Assembly: GCA_964527685.1 (NCBI GenBank)
Contig: CAZGOC010000002.1
Location: forward strand, 16,717-80,716
Source of the DNA: an uncultured Candidatus Peribacteria bacterium
GTDB lineage: Bacteria > Patescibacteriota > Gracilibacteria > BD1-5 > UBA6164
Reading direction: 5' to 3'
DNA length: 64,000 nt
How positions within the stretch are numbered: the first letter of the stretch is position 1; each line of letters opens with the position of its first letter. A program made the position numbers and the translations under genes. This document shows positions 58,352 through 64,000 of this stretch, in pieces. The notes under the pieces are model-generated. The model did not search any database. It saw only the letters and a list, made by a program, of their open reading frames with translations, and had not been told where the DNA came from.

Positions 58352-59355
58352 TATTTTCTTAAATAATAAAATAAATTAAATAATACATAAATTCACATTA
58401 GATAAAAAAGTATATAAATAAATTCTTTATAATATGGTGTTAAAAATTCATATACTTTAACTTTTAATCAATTTTTTGAAAGTAAATCAAGTTTATTAAA
58501 AATATCTTTAAAAGTCTCTGTAGTATTGGCTTTATAGTATTTCCCACCTGTCAAACTTGCAATAGCTTTTAGATTTTCTTCATCAATTCCCCCAACTTCA
58601 ACTTTTTGATTTCAATAAATAGTTTTAAAATTTACATAAGTATCTTTATTTCATCATATTCAAACAGTATAGACTTTTATATTTTTAGTGTTTATATATT
58701 TTATTGCTTCAAGTGGATCAATTCATCTATTTGCTTCTCAATCAGTAAATAATATTATAACTTTTTCTCTTTTGCCATCATCATTAAATAAATTAGCTCA
58801 ATAAAGTAATCAATCTCAAATAGCTGTTCATTGTAAGTGTTGATAATTTTGATTTATAGTTTTTATTGAAATATCCTTTATATAATTAGTTATAAAATCA
58901 TAATCAAAAGTCAAAGGCACTCAAGTAAATGGGGTTCAAGAAAATAAAACAAGCCCTACTCTATCAGTTTTTATACTAGAAGTAAAGTTTGAAATAACTT
59001 CTTTTGCTACTTCAAGTCTATTTGGTTTTATATCTTCAGCTAACATACTATATGATAAATCTAAAACAATTGCAATATCTATTCAATTTTTAATATTTTC
59101 TGTTTGTTTATTTTTAATCATAGGATTTGCAACTAGTCGGGAAAAAGTTATTATAATCAAGAAAATCAATAAAATATTAATAAAAAAATATTTTCTTGAT
59201 CTTCAAAAAATACTTTCAATATCTTTTATAAATTGAAATTTTATTCAATTATCTTTACTTGATTTATAGTATAAAAAAAGCAATATCATTCATATAGTAA
59301 ATGATAAAAATCAAAGTCAATAAGATGTAAAAACAATATCTTTTATATTTTCCAT
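58351..59355 (-). CDS. batA: VWA-domain membrane protein (BatA-like)
   Basis: 334 aa: IAIVLDLSYSM (MIDAS), PNRLEVAKE, RVGLVLFSG, GTAIGDGL, VIILFTDGEANRG, KVYTVGIG, IDEENLKAIASLTGGKYYKA, and a C-terminal TM. Its stop overlaps the batB ATG (TAATG). Confidence 0.85.
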
Positions 59356-59358
59356 ATT

Positions 59359-60300
59359 TTAAATAATTATTACTTTTTCAAGCTCATAAAATAAATCTTT
59401 TTCATCACTTCAAATCATTTTTCAAGTTTTTAATTTTTCATCAAGAGATATTAAGTTTTCATAAAAACTAAAAAAATCATTATAATCAATTTTATATTTT
59501 TTTGAAATTAAAAAACTTCTATTTCATAAATTTAAAACTTTATCTATTTCTTTGTCAGTTTTATTTAAAGTCTTTAATTTAAAAATATAAAAATAAATCC
59601 TAAAATTAGAGACTAGCATATTATAAACTAAATAAAAATTTCAAACAAATTCACTTAATTCTCTAAGCTTCAAAATTCACTCTTTTTTATTTAAATTTAA
59701 AATATCATTAATTATTTCAAAAATATTTTCTTCAATATCTTTTGATACATCTTTTAAATCTCAAATGTCTATAAAATCTTTTGATATTAAAAGCTTATCT
59801 ATTTCATTTGATATTTTAGCAAAATTTAATCATTTTAACTCAATTAGATTATTTATTGACAATAAAGAGATTTTCCCACCATATATTTCATTTATTTTTG
59901 ATTTTAAATCATTTTCATTTAATATGGTAAAGTCTTTTATTTCTCATTTTTTTTCTATTTCTTTAAAGATTTTAGATCTTTTATCTATTTTTTCAACATT
60001 AAAAATAACTATATTTTCATCAATTATTTTTGATAAATTATTTAAAAAATAATTTTCTATTTTTGTTGATTCATCATTTTTTTTATCTCAATAAAATGGA
60101 AAATCATCTATTATAAAGAGATTTTTTGATGCAAAAAAAGAGCTTGATAATAAGTTTTGTTCATAAAATGATAATTCATAATCAAGTATATTTTTAACAT
60201 GTATTATATTATGGATAGAGTATTTTTCTTCAAAAGCTTTTTTCCATGTATTTATAAGTTTTTGCCTAAAATATCTTTCTCAAACAAATAAGTAAATCAT
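59359..60300 (-). CDS. holA: DNA polymerase III delta subunit
   Basis: 313 aa: MIYLFVGERYFRQKLINTWKKAF..SSSFFASKNLFIIDDF.. has a holA-like N-terminus and length. The similarity is modest. Confidence 0.6.
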
Positions 60301-60306
60301 ATTTTT

Positions 60307-61497
60307 TTATTTTAATATATCTTTTAACTTTATATTATCATAACTTTTTATTAAATCAATTACTTCTAAAATAGAAATTAAAGATTGTTTTAAATTAAGT
60401 AAATCTCTTGGAGTTGCTCTATCTAAAGATAATCTATTTAAAATAATTTCTATATCACTTACATATGAAAGTTTTTCTCTAACTTTATTTAATAAAATTT
60501 TATCTTTTAAAAATATTTCTATAAAATCTTGTCTTTGTTTAATTTTTTTTATATCATAAAGTGGAGTTAGTAGTGATTTTTTTAAAAATCTTTTTCCCAT
60601 TGGGGTTTTTGAATTATTTAAAACTCAAAACAAAGTTCAAACTGTATCACTTCAAGTTAAAAAGTTGTATACTAAATCAAGATTTTTTATAGTTTGATTA
60701 TCAAGTTTTAAATAATTTAAATCATTGTATAATCAAATATGTTTCAAAATACTTAAAGAGTTTTTTTGATTTAAGGTTAAATAATTTAATAATAAAGCTC
60801 AGGCTTCAATTCATAAGCTATTTTTTTCTATTCAAAATCAAGACAAATCTTTTACTTTAAAATGACTTTTAAGTAAAGCTTCACTATCCCAAGAATTTTC
60901 AAAATAATATATATTTAAACTATATTTTTTTTGTAGAATTTGTTTTAAATCATCAAATCAAAATAATTTTTTATCTAAAATAACTTCTTTAGGATTTAGT
61001 TTAAATAATTCTTTTTCAAGTTTCTCAAAATTGTCAAATTCTGCAATTTGCCACTTATTTGACAATAAATCTAAAATTGAAAATCAATATTTTTTAGTTT
61101 TTTCTAAATAAGTAATTGAAATAATTGTATTATTATCAAAATTATCAAAATTATCTCATTCTAAATTTAAAGTTGCTGGAGTTACTACTCTTTGTACTTC
61201 CCTTTTTATAATTCATTTTAGTTTTGGGTCTGAAACTTGCTCAACAATAGCTACTTTATATCAAGCATTTACTAAAATTGGTAGGTATTTATCTTTAGCA
61301 TGATATGGAATTCAAGCAAGTTTTTCAGGATTTAAAGCATTTTTATTTCTTGAAGTAATATTTATTCACAAAACTTTGTGAGCTATTTCAGCATCTTCTC
61401 AAAACATTTCATAAAAATCTCACATACGAAAAAATATAACAGAATCATTATATTCTTTTTTTATATCATAATATTGTGACATCGCTGGAGTTAACAT
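60307..61497 (-). CDS. mutS: MutS N-terminal half only (domains I-III; no clamp or ATPase domains)
   Basis: 396 aa: [71 protein letters not shown].. (mismatch-binding domain) through ..TPMGKRFLKKSLLTPL..LNRLSLDRATPRDLLNLKQSL... It then ends at TAA 60307-60309, and holA starts 7 nt later. Confidence 0.8.
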
Positions 61498-61501
61498 CTT
61501 T

Positions 61502-63340
61502 TTATTTTTTTAATAAATATCAATTAATATTTAGATTAGATTCTTTATCGCTTAAATCAAATCAAATATTTTCAAGTAAAAGTAAATAATTTCAATTTTT
61601 CCCCACAACTTCAAAAGTTAAATTATTTTTTTCAAATTCTGTATTTTTAGTATCTTTATAAGTTTTATTTATTTTTACTAAAACATCTTCTAAATTTATT
61701 TCATCAATTACTTCACTTCAAGACATTAATTTTAAATCTTTTTTACCCGATTTTACTGATGAATTATTATAATCTCATACTTTATAAATTTTTGTATAAT
61801 TATTTAATTCAAGTGGGAAAAAGGCATCATTTCAAACTAAACTTATATATACATATCCTGATTCTTCTGGATTAAATGTAGAGTATGATCTAACTTTTAA
61901 ATTTTCTCATAAAAAAGTTATAAATCACCATTTTGGAGGTGTTATTTCTTTTTTAGTTGATGGTATTTTATTATTTTCTTCAAAATCTTTTTTATATTTA
62001 ATTGAGTATGCATCATATAAATCTTTAAACATAACTTTTATTTCTTTACAATCAGTAAAATTACAACTATATTCTATTCAATTATATATTTCTCTAGATA
62101 ATTCAGGAGTTATATCTTCATATTTTGAAAGTGGAGTTATTTTTCAATTATCTAAAATATGTGCTTTTATTAAATTATTTTCAAGTCTATTTAGTTGTCT
62201 ATTTAAAGGCATTTGGTAAACTCACCAAGGTCAAACTGAAATAATAATTATAAATAAAGTAAGTAATGATGGTATAATATATAAATTTTTTTGTTTAAAA
62301 AAGATAAAATAAAGAGAAATAACCAAAAGCCATACTCAAAAAATTACTACAAAATATCTATTTATAGTTAAATCATATTGTCATATTCTTAAAAATATTG
62401 CATAAAATAACATAAATATTTGCGGAATTACAATAAATGGAAAATATTTTCTAAAAATTGAGATTAATTTAAAATTATTCTCTAAATATTTTGATAAAAT
62501 ATAAAGTAAATATCAAAAACTACTAAATATTATTACAAGCCAAGAAACTTCTCATTTTGGCCAATTTTGAAAATTTAAAAAAACTTTTAAAGTATATGCA
62601 TAAAGTATGAAAAAATAAATATATATAAATGGAACTCAAATAAATTTAATTAAAAAATCATACAATTTGCTTGTTGTATTTTTTTCATCATAAATTCAAT
62701 TATTTTGACTAATTTGAAGTAAAAAATAAATAGGTGTAAATAAAGAAAATACAATTATTGCAAGATCTCAATATATTTTATAATATTCATAATCTTTTAA
62801 ATCAAATAAAGTAAATACTGCAAAAACTCAAATAACACAAAGTAAATATAATAATCATCAAATAACAGATGATGAAATAATTAAATAAAGTATGTGCCTA
62901 AACTGTAAATCATATTTTATTTCTAGAGTTTTGTATGATAAAATATCTTTTAAAAAAGGAGAAATAAACAAAAATGATATAAATCAAATTAAAGTTAAGA
63001 TAAAATACATAATATTATCTCAAGAATCTATATCTAAAGCAAAAGTAAAATAAAAAAATATTCAAAAAATAACTGGAATTAATTGAGGAAGGTGATTATT
63101 TTTTATTTTACAATTTACTTTATTGTATTTTAAAAGATAAAATCATACACTTGCAAAAAAAGTAATAATTAAACTAAAACTTAGTTTAGATAAAGAGTTT
63201 ATAATTTCACTTGTAAAATCTCATCTTAATATTAAAAAATTTACAATAGTTAAAATAAAAATAATGAAAAAAGATACAGTATATTTTTTAAAAGTGTCTT
63301 TAACAGATAAAGATGCTAAAAAAGAAAATATTTTACTCAT
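61502..63340 (-). CDS. Large multi-pass membrane protein with a soluble C-terminal domain (DUF4153-like layout)
   Basis: 612 aa: about 10 hydrophobic segments, then a roughly 230-aa hydrophilic C-terminus. Start and stop frames agree. It ends 5 nt before the mutS ATG. Confidence 0.55.
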
Positions 63341-63491
63341 AATTTTTAAAAGTTAAAAAGTATTAATTTTATTTTAACTTATTTTTTTATTTGGCAAGTT
63401 TTTTACATTTTTTTTAAAAAACTTTGCAAAAATATATTTTTTCATATAATGTTTGCAATAATTTTACTTTTTTAAATTTTTAATAGAAAAT

Positions 63492-63824
63492 ATGGCAAAT
63501 AGTCACGGACTTTCGTCAAGAGTAGTAAAAAAACAAGCTGCTGCTAGAAAATTAGCAAAAAACAAAAAATCTTCATACCAAGTTTATATGGGGAATGAAA
63601 ATCCTCAAACTAGAAAAAACATGTCTTATAAAGCAAGAACTCACTATTTTGAAAATAAACAAAATTTTCCAAAGAAAAAACTTGCAAGTAAAAATATTCA
63701 AACACTAATTGAGCAATGAATTATTGATGAAAGAGGATTTTTTAAAACTTGAAAGAAAAAAAATTTTATAACTAAATCAATGGTTGACTCTAAAGGTTTA
63801 GATTTTTATGGAATGCCTAGATAA
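63492..63824 (+). CDS. Small basic hypothetical protein (110 aa)
   Basis: Track ORF 63492-63719 extended through two TGA codons to TAA 63822-63824. K/R-rich. No family recognised. Confidence 0.5.
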
Positions 63825-63829
63825 TTTTT

Positions 63830-63857
63830 AAAATCTTGACTTAAAACTCAAGATTTT
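63830..63857 (+). terminator. Terminator
   Basis: aaaatcttga-cttaaaac-tcaagatttt followed by a T run. Confidence 0.7.
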
Positions 63858-63877
63858 TTTATTTATAATTAAATATT

Positions 63878-64000
63878 ATGCAAAGATTTTATTTAAATAC
63901 TGATATTTTGTGAAATGATGAATTTATTTTAAAAGATGAAGAAATAATTTATCAACTAAATAAAGTTTTAAGAGCAACACTTTGAGATGAAGTAATTTTT
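63878..64000 (+). CDS. rsmE: 16S rRNA (uracil1498-N3)-methyltransferase RsmE, 5' part (runs off the window)
   Basis: MQRFYLNTDILGNDEFILKDEEIIYQLNKVLRATLGDEVIF matches the RsmE N-terminus (M.RFf...l......l..ee..H...VLR...Gd.i.lf). Confidence 0.65.

Noticed and set aside
63492-63824. The small basic protein as a ribosomal protein.
   Set aside because: Only the basic composition suggests it. I recognised no ribosomal-protein signature.
1-64000. Reading the window with the standard code and concluding it is mostly non-coding or pseudogenised.
   Set aside because: Treating TGA as sense restores full-length, motif-complete homologs of dozens of conserved proteins with tight operon spacing.
1-64000. 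Code 4 (TGA = Trp, Mycoplasma/Spiroplasma-like), suggested by the AT-richness.
   Set aside because: TGA aligns with invariant Gly in P-loops (GxxGxGK[ST]), GLGNPG, GGMSFHGG, PYG.AEQ and others. Trp at these positions would destroy the motifs, and TGG is present for genuine Trp.
1-64000. CRISPR arrays, rRNA genes, intact IS elements or prophage structural genes.
   Set aside because: I saw no regularly spaced direct repeats, no rRNA-like GC-rich blocks (the only GC-rich RNA-like island is tRNA-Leu), and only decayed mobility genes.

Overview
This is a strongly AT-rich bacterial chromosomal segment that only makes sense under genetic code 25 (TGA = Gly), the code of Gracilibacteria/Absconditabacteria (SR1) in the candidate phyla radiation. 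The standard-code ORF track is therefore fragmentary. In-frame TGA falls on invariant glycines: Walker A GPTGSGKS in PilT, GEPGVGKT and GPTGVGKT in ClpC, GGMSFHGG in Lgt, and PYG.AEQ in the alpha-2-macroglobulin. Retranslating by hand with only TAA/TAG as stops gives about 55 tightly packed genes; I checked start and stop frames against each other by coordinate.

Housekeeping genes: tmk, gpsA, pth, murC, map, xerC/D-like, recG, uppS, secD, secF, ndk, rpsO, holA, lspA, lgt, ybaB, an ahpC-like peroxiredoxin, the start of rsmE, and tRNA-Leu(CAA).

Accessory content:
- Two giant type IV pilin-like proteins and pilT.
- A 2198-aa alpha-2-macroglobulin homolog lacking the thioester Cys, convergent with a PBP1C-type PBP, with a RelE-type toxin-antitoxin pair between them.
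- A roughly 1250-aa secreted protein.
- A Bat/MoxR-type system split into two loci: moxR-DUF58-small TM protein, and batA-batB-batC.
- Decayed mobile-element genes: a serine recombinase fragment and an IS256 transposase fragment.

Oddities:
- Four genes carry single-nucleotide frame disruptions.
- polA and mutS are cleanly truncated.
- A Fur/PerR-type palindrome lies upstream of the peroxiredoxin gene.
- Long perfect palindromes act as bidirectional terminators.

I saw no CRISPR array and no rRNA gene.
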